Assembly: GCA_019308995.1 (NCBI GenBank)
Contig: JAFDHD010000002.1
Location: forward strand, 2,946 to 66,945
Direction: 5' to 3'
Length of the DNA: 64,000 nt
From: Deltaproteobacteria bacterium
GTDB taxonomy: Bacteria; Desulfobacterota; Desulfarculia; Adiutricales; JAFDHD01
Made by a program: the position numbers and the translations under genes. The notes under the pieces are model-generated. The model saw only the letters and a program-made list of their open reading frames with translations. It was not told the origin of the DNA and did no database searches. Position 1 is the stretch's first letter. Each line of letters starts with the position of its first letter. This document shows positions 27,449-36,767 of this stretch, one piece after another.

Positions 27449-28852
27449 ATGAGTGAGAAAAATATTGTTTATCCCTATGTGCCGAACTCGGTGAAGGAGA
27501 TTAAGGCCGAGATGCTCAGGGAAGTGGGCTTGGACGATGTGAAGGCCCTTTTCGCCGACATTCCCGAGCATTTGCAATTTCAGGGTAAACTAAACCTGCC
27601 GCAGCCGATCCTGGATGAGTATTCGATTAAAAGACATATGGAGGGGCTGCTCAACAAGAATAAAAACTGTTCAGAATATTTGAATTTTTTAGGCGCCGGG
27701 TGTGCGCAGCATTTCGTGCCCGCGGTTTGCGATGAGATCAACGGCCGGGGGGAATTTTTGACCGCCTACTCGGGCGGCACCTATGCCGACCATGGGAAGT
27801 ATCAGGCCCTCTTCGAATACGCCAGCCTGATGGCCGAACTGCTGGACATGGATCATTTGAGCTCGGTTCTTTATGATGGCGCGCAGGCCGCGGCGACATC
27901 CTTACGCATGGCCTCGAGAATGACCGGCCGGAATGAGGTCCTTCTCTCCCGGTCCATGAACCCCGAGGTTTTGATGGTCGTGCAGAACTACCTCCAAGGC
28001 ATTCGCGAGCCGCTGCTTAATATCAAGATGATTGATTTTGACCCTCAAACCGGGCTGCTTGATATGAACGACTTGGAATCGAAAATCTCCCCGGAAACCG
28101 CGGCCGTGTTCCTTGAAAATCCAAACTATTTCGGTTTGATCGAAGCCGACGCCGAAGCAATCGCCAAGATCGCCCGTGAAAGCGGAGCCGAGTTCATCGT
28201 GTATACCGACCCGATCTCTCTGGGGGCGATCGCTCCTCCGGCTCAGTACGGCGCGACCATTGCCTGCGGCGACATCCACAGCCTTGGGATGCACATGCAA
28301 AGCGGCGGCGGGCAGGCCGGGTTCATCGCGGTACACGACGATATGAGGTACATCGCAGAATTTAAGGACCTGATGTTCGGCCTGACCAAAACCTCTGAGG
28401 AGGGCGAGTATGGATTCGGATATGTCATGCCTCATCTGTCTTCCTACGCCACTCGCGAACAAGGCAAGGAGTACACGGGTACCAACTGCGCCCTCTGGGC
28501 CATTACCGCCGCAGTGTATCTTTCCCTAATGGGCCCCAAGGGGATGACGGAGATTGGCCAGGCAATCATGCAGAAAGCCCAATATGCAGCTAAAGGAATC
28601 TCAGAACTCAAGGGGATCGAGCTGGCTTTCAGCTCACCCTTTTTTAAAGAATTCTTGGTCAAATTCGATGGAACCGGAAAAACCGTGAGCCAGATTAACA
28701 AGGCCCTGCTTAAGTTAAGGATTTTCGGCGGGAAAGACATCTCTGGTGAATTCCCTGAACTCGGCCAGTGTGCTCTTTTCTGCGTCACAGAGATCATGAC
28801 CAGGGAAGATATTGATAGTCTGGTTACTGCCTTGGAAGGCGCGGTGAACTAG
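27449..28852 (+). CDS. Divergent glycine-dehydrogenase subunit-1-like protein (GcvPA paralog)
   Basis: Collinear with the GcvPA at 33358, but hallmark strings are replaced: AYSGGTYADHGKYQ versus TPYQPEMSQGTLQ, and REQGKEYTGTNCALWA versus REQHIRREKATSNICTN. Confidence 0.75.
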   Translation: MSEKNIVYPYVPNSVKEIKAEMLREVGLDDVKALFADIPEHLQFQGKLNLPQPILDEYSIKRHMEGLLNKNKNCSEYLNFLGAGCAQHFVPAVCDEINGRGEFLTAYSGGTYADHGKYQALFEYASLMAELLDMDHLSSVLYDGAQAAATSLRMASRMTGRNEVLLSRSMNPEVLMVVQNYLQGIREPLLNIKMIDFDPQTGLLDMNDLESKISPETAAVFLENPNYFGLIEADAEAIAKIARESGAEFIVYTDPISLGAIAPPAQYGATIACGDIHSLGMHMQSGGGQAGFIAVHDDMRYIAEFKDLMFGLTKTSEEGEYGFGYVMPHLSSYATREQGKEYTGTNCALWAITAAVYLSLMGPKGMTEIGQAIMQKAQYAAKGISELKGIELAFSSPFFKEFLVKFDGTGKTVSQINKALLKLRIFGGKDISGEFPELGQCALFCVTEIMTREDIDSLVTALEGAVN

Positions 28853-28911
28853 TCGGATTGTAAGGCGCGAAAGTTTTGAAAGACGGCTTGAAATAAAAAA
28901 GGAGAAAAAAG

Positions 28912-30471
28912 ATGCCGCGAGATAAAGAGACCCTGCTGCGGAAGTTCCATCAAGCTAAATGGGATGAACAGATCATCTTCGAGATGAGCGTCCCTGGCGA
29001 AAGAGGGATCCTGGTGCCGCAGGCCGGGGAGGAGATTAGCGCCATCATTGGCGATGGGCTGTCCGTAATTCCCGACCAGCTCAGAAGAAAGACCCCGCCC
29101 GCGCTGCCCGAGGTGGCCCAGGCGCGCGTCCTGAGGCATTTTATGCGGCTCTCTCAGGAAACCATGGGAGCGGACGTAAATATTGATATTGGAGAAGGAA
29201 CCTGCACCATGAAGTACAGCCCCAAGGTTCAGGAGCACCTGGCGGCCAGACATCCGGGTATGACCGCCATCCATCCTTTGCAGGACGACGAGACGATGCA
29301 GGGCATCCTGGAGATTTACTACAGGCTGGAACAGTTTCTAAAAGAGATTTCCGGGCTTGACTACTTCTGCTTTCAGCCCGGCGGAGGTAGCCAGGCCGTC
29401 TTTCTGAACGCATGCCTTGTCAGAGCATATCACGCCGACCGGGGCGATCACGAGCGCGACGAGATCATTACCACCATCTTTTCGCATCCGGTAAACGCCG
29501 CCGCGCCGGCCACGGCCGGGTACAAGGTCATCACCCTCATGCCGGACGAGAACGGGTACCCGACCCTGGAGGCCTTGAAAGAGGCCCTGTCTGAACGGAC
29601 GGCCGGGATTTTTATCACCAACCCTGAAGATACCGGCATTTACAATCCTGAGATTGCTGAATTCGTTAAGGCGGCCCACGATGCTGGCGCCTTGTGTTCC
29701 TACGATCAGGCCAATGCCAACGGCTTACTCGGCGTTACCCGGGCCAGGGAAGCCGGATTCGATCTTTGTCATTTTAACCTTCACAAAACCTTCTCCGCCC
29801 CACACGGCTGCATGGGTCCGGCCATGGGCGCTGTCGGTGTGAGGTCGGAGCTGGCCGGGTTTCTGCCTGTGCCTCGCGTCGAGTTTGACGGCCAGGGATA
29901 TTACTTGGACTATAATCGCCCCCAAAGCATCGGGCGGGTGAGGTCCTTCTTTGGCAACACCCCGCTCGCCTTGAAGACCTACACCTGGATCATGCAGCAT
30001 GGGGCTGAGGGCTTACGGGAGGTCGCCGAGTGCGCTGTGCTGAATAACAACTACATGGATAAGAAGATCAGGGAAATCCCGGGGGTGGTTGTTTATTACG
30101 CCAAAGATGAACGCAGACTGGAACAGGTTCGATACTCCTGGGAAAAACTGAAAGAAGACACCGGTGTGGACACCGAAGACGTTGAACGCCGGATGGCTGA
30201 TTACGGGTTGCAGCATTATTTCACCAGCCATCACCCGCAGGTGGTGCCAGAACCGTTTACGCCGGAACCCTGCGATTCCTATTCAAAGGATGACATTGAC
30301 GAGTTTGTAGCGGTGCTGCGTCAAATTTCCAGGGAGGCTTATGAAGAGCCGGACTTGGTCAAGAACGCGCCGCACCATTCCACTATCCATATGGTTCAGA
30401 ATCCGCTTATCTTTGAACTGGAAAAAATCGCCACCACCTGGCGGCAGGCAAAAAAGAAAGGACTGGTCTAG
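28912..30471 (+). CDS. Divergent glycine-dehydrogenase subunit-2-like protein (GcvPB paralog, PLP-lysine context retained)
   Basis: HFNLHKTFSAPHGCMGPAMGAVGV versus the canonical HLNLHKTFSTPHGGGGPGSGP. AAAAGGAGAAAAAAG-ATG. Confidence 0.75.
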   Translation: MPRDKETLLRKFHQAKWDEQIIFEMSVPGERGILVPQAGEEISAIIGDGLSVIPDQLRRKTPPALPEVAQARVLRHFMRLSQETMGADVNIDIGEGTCTMKYSPKVQEHLAARHPGMTAIHPLQDDETMQGILEIYYRLEQFLKEISGLDYFCFQPGGGSQAVFLNACLVRAYHADRGDHERDEIITTIFSHPVNAAAPATAGYKVITLMPDENGYPTLEALKEALSERTAGIFITNPEDTGIYNPEIAEFVKAAHDAGALCSYDQANANGLLGVTRAREAGFDLCHFNLHKTFSAPHGCMGPAMGAVGVRSELAGFLPVPRVEFDGQGYYLDYNRPQSIGRVRSFFGNTPLALKTYTWIMQHGAEGLREVAECAVLNNNYMDKKIREIPGVVVYYAKDERRLEQVRYSWEKLKEDTGVDTEDVERRMADYGLQHYFTSHHPQVVPEPFTPEPCDSYSKDDIDEFVAVLRQISREAYEEPDLVKNAPHHSTIHMVQNPLIFELEKIATTWRQAKKKGLV

Positions 30472-30516
30472 CCAGGTTGGACAAACAGGTAAGGGAGCCC
30501 TCTCCTTTAAAAGCTT

Positions 30517-31635
30517 ATGAAAAAATTGGGCGTCATCGTCAATCCGATTGCTGGCCTGGGCGGCCGCGTCGGACTCAAAGGAAGCGACAGCCTTGACATT
30601 ATAAACAAGGCCAGGCAGATGGGAGCGCGGCCGGAGTCTCCCCGGCGCACGGTCGAAGCGCTCAAATTAATCTTAAAACAAAAAAACCAGACCCAGGTCA
30701 TCACATACCCTGCTGAAATGGGTGAGGAAGAATGTCTCGCGGCTGGCTTTGAACCAGAGGTGATCGGGTCCATCATCAGTGGAGGCACCACCCCTGAAGA
30801 CACGCAAACCGCGGCCCGGGAAATGGCTTGCGCCGGTGTGAGCCTCATCCTTTTTGCCGGCGGGGACGGGACGGCTCGGAATATCTATGACGCTATCGGG
30901 GATAAGGTTCCCGTGCTTGGCATACCTGCCGGTGTGAAGATTCATTCCGCAGTCTACGCCGTAACACCCCGGAACGCCGGGGAAGTGGCGGCCATGTTCC
31001 TGCAAGGCAGACTGAAAAAACTGCGGGAGGCAGAGGTCATGGATATTGATGAGCAAGCCTTCCGGGAGGGCGTCGTTTCAGCCAGGCTCTATGGATACCT
31101 GCGCGTGCCTGAAGAGAGCCGGTATATTCAGCACGCAAAATCCAGAGGCGCTCTGTCCGGGGAGGAGACCCTGCAGGGAATAGCGGCGGATGTTATCGCT
31201 GGCATGAAGGAGGATGACAGCTACTATATCATCGGACCGGGCACCACCACCAGGGCCGTCATGGAACGTTTAGGGCTTAAGAATACGCTGCTTGGAGTTG
31301 ACGTTGTCCGCAGGCGTGCGCTGGTGGCGAGCGATGTTTCTGAAAATCAACTGCTGGATATCGTAAAAGATCACCAGGCCAAGATTATCGTGACGGTCAT
31401 TGGCGGCCAGGGCTATCTGTTCGGGCGTGGCAACCAGCAGATCAGCCCGCGTGTGATTCAGCAAGTGGGGAAAAAGAATATTGTGATTATCGCCACAAAA
31501 GAAAAACTGATCTCTCTATCAGGTCGGCCGCTGCTGGTGGACACCGGCGATGAGGAGCTGAACAAACAGCTCAGCAGCTACATGAGAGTGACCACCGGGT
31601 TCAAAGATTATGTCATGTACAGGGTGGGATACTGA
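30517..31635 (+). CDS. ATP-NAD kinase-family protein (COG3199-like)
   Basis: MKKLGVIVNPIAGLGGRVGLKGSD...FAGGDGTARN...GIPAGVKIHS (diacylglycerol/NAD-kinase fold motif GGDGT). Confidence 0.75.
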   Translation: MKKLGVIVNPIAGLGGRVGLKGSDSLDIINKARQMGARPESPRRTVEALKLILKQKNQTQVITYPAEMGEEECLAAGFEPEVIGSIISGGTTPEDTQTAAREMACAGVSLILFAGGDGTARNIYDAIGDKVPVLGIPAGVKIHSAVYAVTPRNAGEVAAMFLQGRLKKLREAEVMDIDEQAFREGVVSARLYGYLRVPEESRYIQHAKSRGALSGEETLQGIAADVIAGMKEDDSYYIIGPGTTTRAVMERLGLKNTLLGVDVVRRRALVASDVSENQLLDIVKDHQAKIIVTVIGGQGYLFGRGNQQISPRVIQQVGKKNIVIIATKEKLISLSGRPLLVDTGDEELNKQLSSYMRVTTGFKDYVMYRVGY

Positions 31636-31661
31636 AGCCGCACGGCGCGCCTGGAGCGACA

Positions 31662-32942
31662 ATGCAAAAAGATACCCAAAAAACGCTCCTCTATGACTGG
31701 CACATCTCCAGAGGGGCCAGCATGGGGAACTTTGGCGGCTATGACATGCCCCTCTGGTACCCTGCGGGCGCTAAAAATGAACACCTGGCCGTCCTCTTCA
31801 GCGCGGGCCTCTTCGACACCAGCCATATGGCCGCGGTCACGGCCGCCGGACCCGACGCCTTTGAACTGCTGCAGCGATGCTTCACCAGGGACCTGAGCCG
31901 TTATGTCAATAAAGATGAAAGTCCCTCAGCCGCAAGAAGCTGTGCCTATGGTGTGTTTTTGAACCAGGCCGGAGAAGTGATTGACGACGCCATCGTATAC
32001 CCCCTGAACCCCCAAACCTTTATGATCGTCGTTAATGCTGGCATGGGCGGGAAGATCGCCCGGCATTTATCGGACCATCTGGAGGGGGGTGACGTCCGGA
32101 TAACCGACCTGACCGGTCAACTGGGTAAATTAGACGTCCAGGGCCCCATGGCTGGCAAAGTCTTAGTCAGGATTCTAAAGGAGCCTCAAAAAGTGCTTGA
32201 AGATATGGCCTACTTTAAATACAAAGGCCATTATGATAAGGTTTCCCCTTCCGCTGAGATGGTTCTTTTAACCGACGGCACCCCGATCCTGCTTTCCCGC
32301 ACCGGGTATACCGGAGAATTCGGGTTTGAAATCTTTATCGAATTTGAACATTTGGCGCCTTGTTGGGAAATGATCATCAAAGCCGGAGAACCGTTTGAAA
32401 TGAGACCTTGCGGCCTGGCGGCCCGGGATTCACTCAGAGCCGGGGCCATGCTTCCTCTTTCCCATCAGGATATCGGCCCCTGGCTGTTTGTCAATAATCC
32501 GTGGACGTTTGCCTTGCCTTATAACGCCGACTTCACGGATTTCACCAAGCGTTTCATTGGTGACACGGCTCTTAAAAGAGCCGTTAAGGCGGAGTACACC
32601 TATGCCTTTGCGGGGTACGATCCCCGTAAGGTTTCGGTTCATGACCCGGCCCTGGTGCTGGATTTGGAAGACGATGAGTTAGGTCTGGTCATGACATGCG
32701 TTACGGACACGGCCATCGGAAGGATCAGGGGCCGGATATACAGCGTTGCCTCTCCCGACCTTCCGGGCGACGCCGTATTGCGGGGTTTAAGTTGCGGGTT
32801 TGTGAGGGTCAAAACCCGGCTGGATTATGGTCAAATGGTCAAGCTCAAAGATAGGCGGCGGGAGATAACGGTTGAAATCGTGGATGATATTCGCCCGAAT
32901 CGCACCGCCAACAAACCTATCAGCGAAATGTTACCAGGATAG
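31662..32942 (+). CDS. gcvT: Aminomethyltransferase (glycine cleavage T protein), long form
   Basis: [24 protein letters not shown]...LFDTSHM...[14 protein letters not shown]. At 426 aa it is longer than the usual roughly 365 aa. Confidence 0.85.
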   Translation: MQKDTQKTLLYDWHISRGASMGNFGGYDMPLWYPAGAKNEHLAVLFSAGLFDTSHMAAVTAAGPDAFELLQRCFTRDLSRYVNKDESPSAARSCAYGVFLNQAGEVIDDAIVYPLNPQTFMIVVNAGMGGKIARHLSDHLEGGDVRITDLTGQLGKLDVQGPMAGKVLVRILKEPQKVLEDMAYFKYKGHYDKVSPSAEMVLLTDGTPILLSRTGYTGEFGFEIFIEFEHLAPCWEMIIKAGEPFEMRPCGLAARDSLRAGAMLPLSHQDIGPWLFVNNPWTFALPYNADFTDFTKRFIGDTALKRAVKAEYTYAFAGYDPRKVSVHDPALVLDLEDDELGLVMTCVTDTAIGRIRGRIYSVASPDLPGDAVLRGLSCGFVRVKTRLDYGQMVKLKDRRREITVEIVDDIRPNRTANKPISEMLPG

Positions 32943-32952
32943 GGAGCAGGTT

Positions 32953-33357
32953 ATGAAAGAAATTGACGAATTAGATTTGCCAGATGACGTGCGCTATACC
33001 GAGGAACATGAATGGGTCAGACATACAGGCGACAAGGTCCGGGTTGGCATCAGCGATTATGCCCAGGACCAGCTGGGTGACATTGTCTTTGTGGAGCTGC
33101 CCGAGGTGGGCGATACGTTTCATCAAGGGGAAGAGTTCGGGACTGTGGAGTCAACGAAGACTGTCACTGAGCTGTATATGCCTCTCAGCGGTGAGGTTCT
33201 GGCTGTCAATAGCGCCTTGGAGGATGTTCCGGAAAACGTGAACGAACATCCTTATGAGGAAGGCTGGATGATCGAGGCTGCGCCGAGCGAACCGGGAGAA
33301 TGGGAGTATCTCCTGACCAGGGAAGATTATCTGGACATATTAAAGGAGATGGAGTAA
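32953..33357 (+). CDS. gcvH: Glycine cleavage H protein
   Basis: YTEEHEWVR...[23 protein letters not shown]...[18 protein letters not shown] (lipoyl-lysine motif). AGGGAG RBS. Confidence 0.95.
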   Translation: MKEIDELDLPDDVRYTEEHEWVRHTGDKVRVGISDYAQDQLGDIVFVELPEVGDTFHQGEEFGTVESTKTVTELYMPLSGEVLAVNSALEDVPENVNEHPYEEGWMIEAAPSEPGEWEYLLTREDYLDILKEME

Positions 33358-34689
33358 ATGCGGTTTCTGCCTCACACTGATGAAGATATCGCCTCCATGC
33401 TTGATTTAGTGGGTCTGAGCGGCCTGGAGGATCTTTTTGCGATGATCCCGGAGGATTGCCGCCGTCCCAGTGATCTCAGCCTGCCTCAGCCCCTGACCGA
33501 ATGGGAATTACAGGACCTGATGATGGAGTCCTCCGGCCTGATGGCCGTGCGGCCGGAGTACAAGGTTTTTATCGGGGCCGGGAGCTACGAGCATTTTATC
33601 CCGGCGTCGGTGACCCATCTCGCGGGCCGTTCCGAGTTCGTGACGCCGTACACCCCGTACCAGCCGGAAATGAGTCAGGGCACGCTTCAGGCGATTTACG
33701 AGTATCAGACGCTGGTAGCCCGTTTGCTGGGCCTGGAGGTGGCCAATGCCTCCCTGTATGACGGCGCCTCCGCCCTGGCCGAGGCGATACTAATGGCTGT
33801 TCGAATAACCGGACGGAAAAAGGTCGCTCTTTCAAGCCTGGTTCATCCCCTGTATCGGGAAGTCGTTCAAACCTACCTCAAGCCAGTCGGTCACAGCGTA
33901 TTGGAACTTCCTTATCTGGAAAACGGTTTAACCGACCTTTCGAAACTGGAGGGAGCCGAAAATCTGGCAGCGGTCGCGCTCCAATCCCCCAATTTTTTCG
34001 GATGCATCGAGAATCTTCAGACCGCGGGGGAACTGGCGCACCAAGGAGGCGCTCTTTTCATTACCTGCTTTACCGAACCAATGGCTTACGGGCTTTTGAA
34101 AAATCCAGGATGCCAGGGGGCGGATATTGCGTGCGGAGAGGGACAAAGTTTCGGCATCCCTGAGTCCTACGGCGGCCCGGGGCTGGGGATATTCACCACT
34201 AAAATGAAATACGTGCGCAACATGCCCGGCCGGCTGGTGGGTCGGACGTCGGATGCCGAAGGCAGACAGGGGTTTGTCCTCACCCTGGCTACCCGGGAGC
34301 AGCACATCCGCCGCGAAAAAGCGACCTCCAACATCTGCACCAACAGCAGCCTCTGCGCCCTCACGGCGGCTATCTACCTGGCTTCGGCCGGAGGGGCCGG
34401 TCTGCGGGAGCTGGCTGAATTGAACCATGACAAGGCCGAGTATCTCAAGCGTGAATTGAAAAAGGCCGGATGCGTTATCAGCTTTGAAAGCCCGACCTTC
34501 AACGAGTTCGTGGTGAAATACCCGGATAACTTTGAAGCCGCGCATGATGGCCTGCTTCGGAAAAAAATTGTGCCCGGCCTGTCCCTGGCGCCTTACTTTC
34601 CGGAGCTTAAGGGTCACTACCTGTTGTGCGTTACCGAAACCAAGAGCAAGACGGACATGGACGCTCTGGTAGGGGAGGTGGCGTCATGA
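33358..34689 (+). CDS. gcvPA: Glycine dehydrogenase (decarboxylating) subunit 1
   Basis: FIGAGSYEHFIP...TPYTPYQPEMSQGTLQAIYEYQ...REQHIRREKATSNICTN. Confidence 0.95.
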   Translation: MRFLPHTDEDIASMLDLVGLSGLEDLFAMIPEDCRRPSDLSLPQPLTEWELQDLMMESSGLMAVRPEYKVFIGAGSYEHFIPASVTHLAGRSEFVTPYTPYQPEMSQGTLQAIYEYQTLVARLLGLEVANASLYDGASALAEAILMAVRITGRKKVALSSLVHPLYREVVQTYLKPVGHSVLELPYLENGLTDLSKLEGAENLAAVALQSPNFFGCIENLQTAGELAHQGGALFITCFTEPMAYGLLKNPGCQGADIACGEGQSFGIPESYGGPGLGIFTTKMKYVRNMPGRLVGRTSDAEGRQGFVLTLATREQHIRREKATSNICTNSSLCALTAAIYLASAGGAGLRELAELNHDKAEYLKRELKKAGCVISFESPTFNEFVVKYPDNFEAAHDGLLRKKIVPGLSLAPYFPELKGHYLLCVTETKSKTDMDALVGEVAS

Positions 34690-36143
34690 AAGAACTTCCA
34701 GGAACCACGGGTCTGCTGATTAACGAGCCGTTACTCTGGGAAAAAGGAAGAGCGGGAAGATGCGGGTTTTCTTTTCCCCGGCGCGATGTCGAGCCTGCCT
34801 CTCTGGACGAAGCGCTCATCGGCCAGGTTCCCGACCTGCCCGGCCTGAGCGAGGTGGATGTGGTCCGTCATTATACCCGGCTCTCCCAGTGGAACTTCTG
34901 CGTGGACACCGGCATGTACCCCCTTGGTTCATGCACCATGAAATACAACCCCAAAATCAATGAAAAGATGGCGCGTTTAACCGGCTTTGCCACTGCGCAT
35001 CCGCTGCTTCCAGGCCGATGCTCCCAGGGGGCGATGCGGCTGATGTTTGAACTCGAACGTCTCCTGGCGGAGATAACCGGTATGAACGCCGTAACCCTGC
35101 AGCCTGCGGCCGGGGCACAGGGGGAGCTGACCGGCATGCTCATTATTCATGCTTTTCATGAAAAAAACGGCCAGGGTCGGTCGAAAATCATCATCCCGGA
35201 TACGGCCCATGGCACCAACCCTGCCAGCGCGGCCCTGTGCGGCTTTCGCGCCGTGCCCGTTAAGTCCAACGAACAGGGAATCCTGACCCCGGAAACGATC
35301 GCTTCCGTCATGAACGAGGATACGGCCGGAATCATGGTCACCAATCCCAATACCCTCGGCCTTTTTGAAGAGAACATCAAACAGATCGCCGAAATCGTCC
35401 ATTTAAGAGGCGGGCTGGTATACTGTGACGGCGCGAACCTGAACGCGGTCATGGGAATCGTGGACATGGGCGCTATGGGGGTGGACCTCCTCCATCTGAA
35501 TCTCCACAAGACCTTTTCAACGCCTCATGGTGGAGGCGGGCCCGGTTCCGGGCCGTTATGCGTCAACAAACAGCTCGAGCCCTTCCTCCCCGTGCCTCGA
35601 CCGGTCCAGGAAAACGGAAGCTTTCGCCTCTCCGAAGACTTCCCGGATACCATCGGCAGGATGCACGCCTTTTATGGCAATTTCGGCGTCATGATCAAGG
35701 CCTACAGCTATATCAGGAGCCTGGGTCCTGACAACCTTAAAAAAGCCAGCCAGCTCGCCGTCTTGAACGCCAACTATGTCAAGGAAAGCCTGAAGGGGGT
35801 GTTCCACCTGCCTTTTGATCGCCCCTGTATGCATGAATGCGTCTTTACGGATCAGTTCCAAAGGGCCTTCAAGGTTTCGACCCTGGACATGGTCAAACGC
35901 CTGATGGACTATGGCTTTCACCCGCCCACGGTCTACTTTCCGCTGGTGGTGAACGGCGCGATTATGATCGAGCCCACGGAAACAGAATCCAAAGAGGACC
36001 TGGACCTTTTTATTGAAGCCTGCAAGGCCATTGTGAGCGAGGCGGAAGAGAAGGCGCCTCTTCTGCATGAAGCGCCTCATAAATGCATAAGAGGCAGGCT
36101 GGATGAAACCAAAGCCGCCAGGCAGCCGTGTCTTACAGGTTGA
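34686..36143 (+). CDS. gcvPB: Glycine dehydrogenase (decarboxylating) subunit 2
   Basis: ATGA overlap with gcvPA. LGSCTMKYNPK...HLNLHKTFSTPHGGGGPGSGP. Confidence 0.95.
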   Translation: MKELPGTTGLLINEPLLWEKGRAGRCGFSFPRRDVEPASLDEALIGQVPDLPGLSEVDVVRHYTRLSQWNFCVDTGMYPLGSCTMKYNPKINEKMARLTGFATAHPLLPGRCSQGAMRLMFELERLLAEITGMNAVTLQPAAGAQGELTGMLIIHAFHEKNGQGRSKIIIPDTAHGTNPASAALCGFRAVPVKSNEQGILTPETIASVMNEDTAGIMVTNPNTLGLFEENIKQIAEIVHLRGGLVYCDGANLNAVMGIVDMGAMGVDLLHLNLHKTFSTPHGGGGPGSGPLCVNKQLEPFLPVPRPVQENGSFRLSEDFPDTIGRMHAFYGNFGVMIKAYSYIRSLGPDNLKKASQLAVLNANYVKESLKGVFHLPFDRPCMHECVFTDQFQRAFKVSTLDMVKRLMDYGFHPPTVYFPLVVNGAIMIEPTETESKEDLDLFIEACKAIVSEAEEKAPLLHEAPHKCIRGRLDETKAARQPCLTG

Positions 36144-36170
36144 GGGGTTTAAGAAGAGGGGAAAGCAAGA

Positions 36171-36695
36171 ATGAAAGAATTTGCGATTTTGTTTTTATTG
36201 GGACCGGACCGGCCGGGAATCGTGGATGAGGTTTCCACCTTCCTTTTCGCGCGCCAGGCAAACATTGAGGACAGCCGCATGGCGATCATGGGCGGATGCT
36301 TTTCCATCATGACGCTCATCTCATGCACCAAGAGGCAGCTGGAGACGATCAAGGCGGAATTGGGCCAGCTTGAGAATCTGGGGTTTGAAGTTTCAATCCA
36401 TGAGGCCAAAGACCCGGAAGACCTTCCCGCGCTGGCAGAACTGCCTTTGAAGCTTGAACTAAAGGCCATGGATCACCCGGGTATCATGCAAAAAGTAGTT
36501 CATATTCTGCACGAACATAACATCAATATTCAATCCTTGAACACAAGGGTCACCAGGGCCCCGCTCTCGGGATCGCCCCTGTTCAATCTGATTCTGGAAG
36601 CAGGCGTCCCGGCTGAAGAATTCATGGCCGCCATTAAGGAGGAGCTGACAGGCCTGGCCGCGGAGATGAACCTTGATCTGAGTTTTAAAACATGA
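36171..36695 (+). CDS. Tandem ACT-domain protein (GcvR-like regulator)
   Basis: FLLGPDRPGIVDEVSTFL and a second ACT domain (AMDHPGIMQKVVHILHEH). The layout matches glycine cleavage system protein R. Confidence 0.7.
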   Translation: MKEFAILFLLGPDRPGIVDEVSTFLFARQANIEDSRMAIMGGCFSIMTLISCTKRQLETIKAELGQLENLGFEVSIHEAKDPEDLPALAELPLKLELKAMDHPGIMQKVVHILHEHNINIQSLNTRVTRAPLSGSPLFNLILEAGVPAEEFMAAIKEELTGLAAEMNLDLSFKT

Positions 36696-36767
36696 GGTCT
36701 TCAGCCCGGCCAAATCATTTGGAGATACGATCTTTCCTTATGGAAGAGGATTGAAGACAACCCATCA

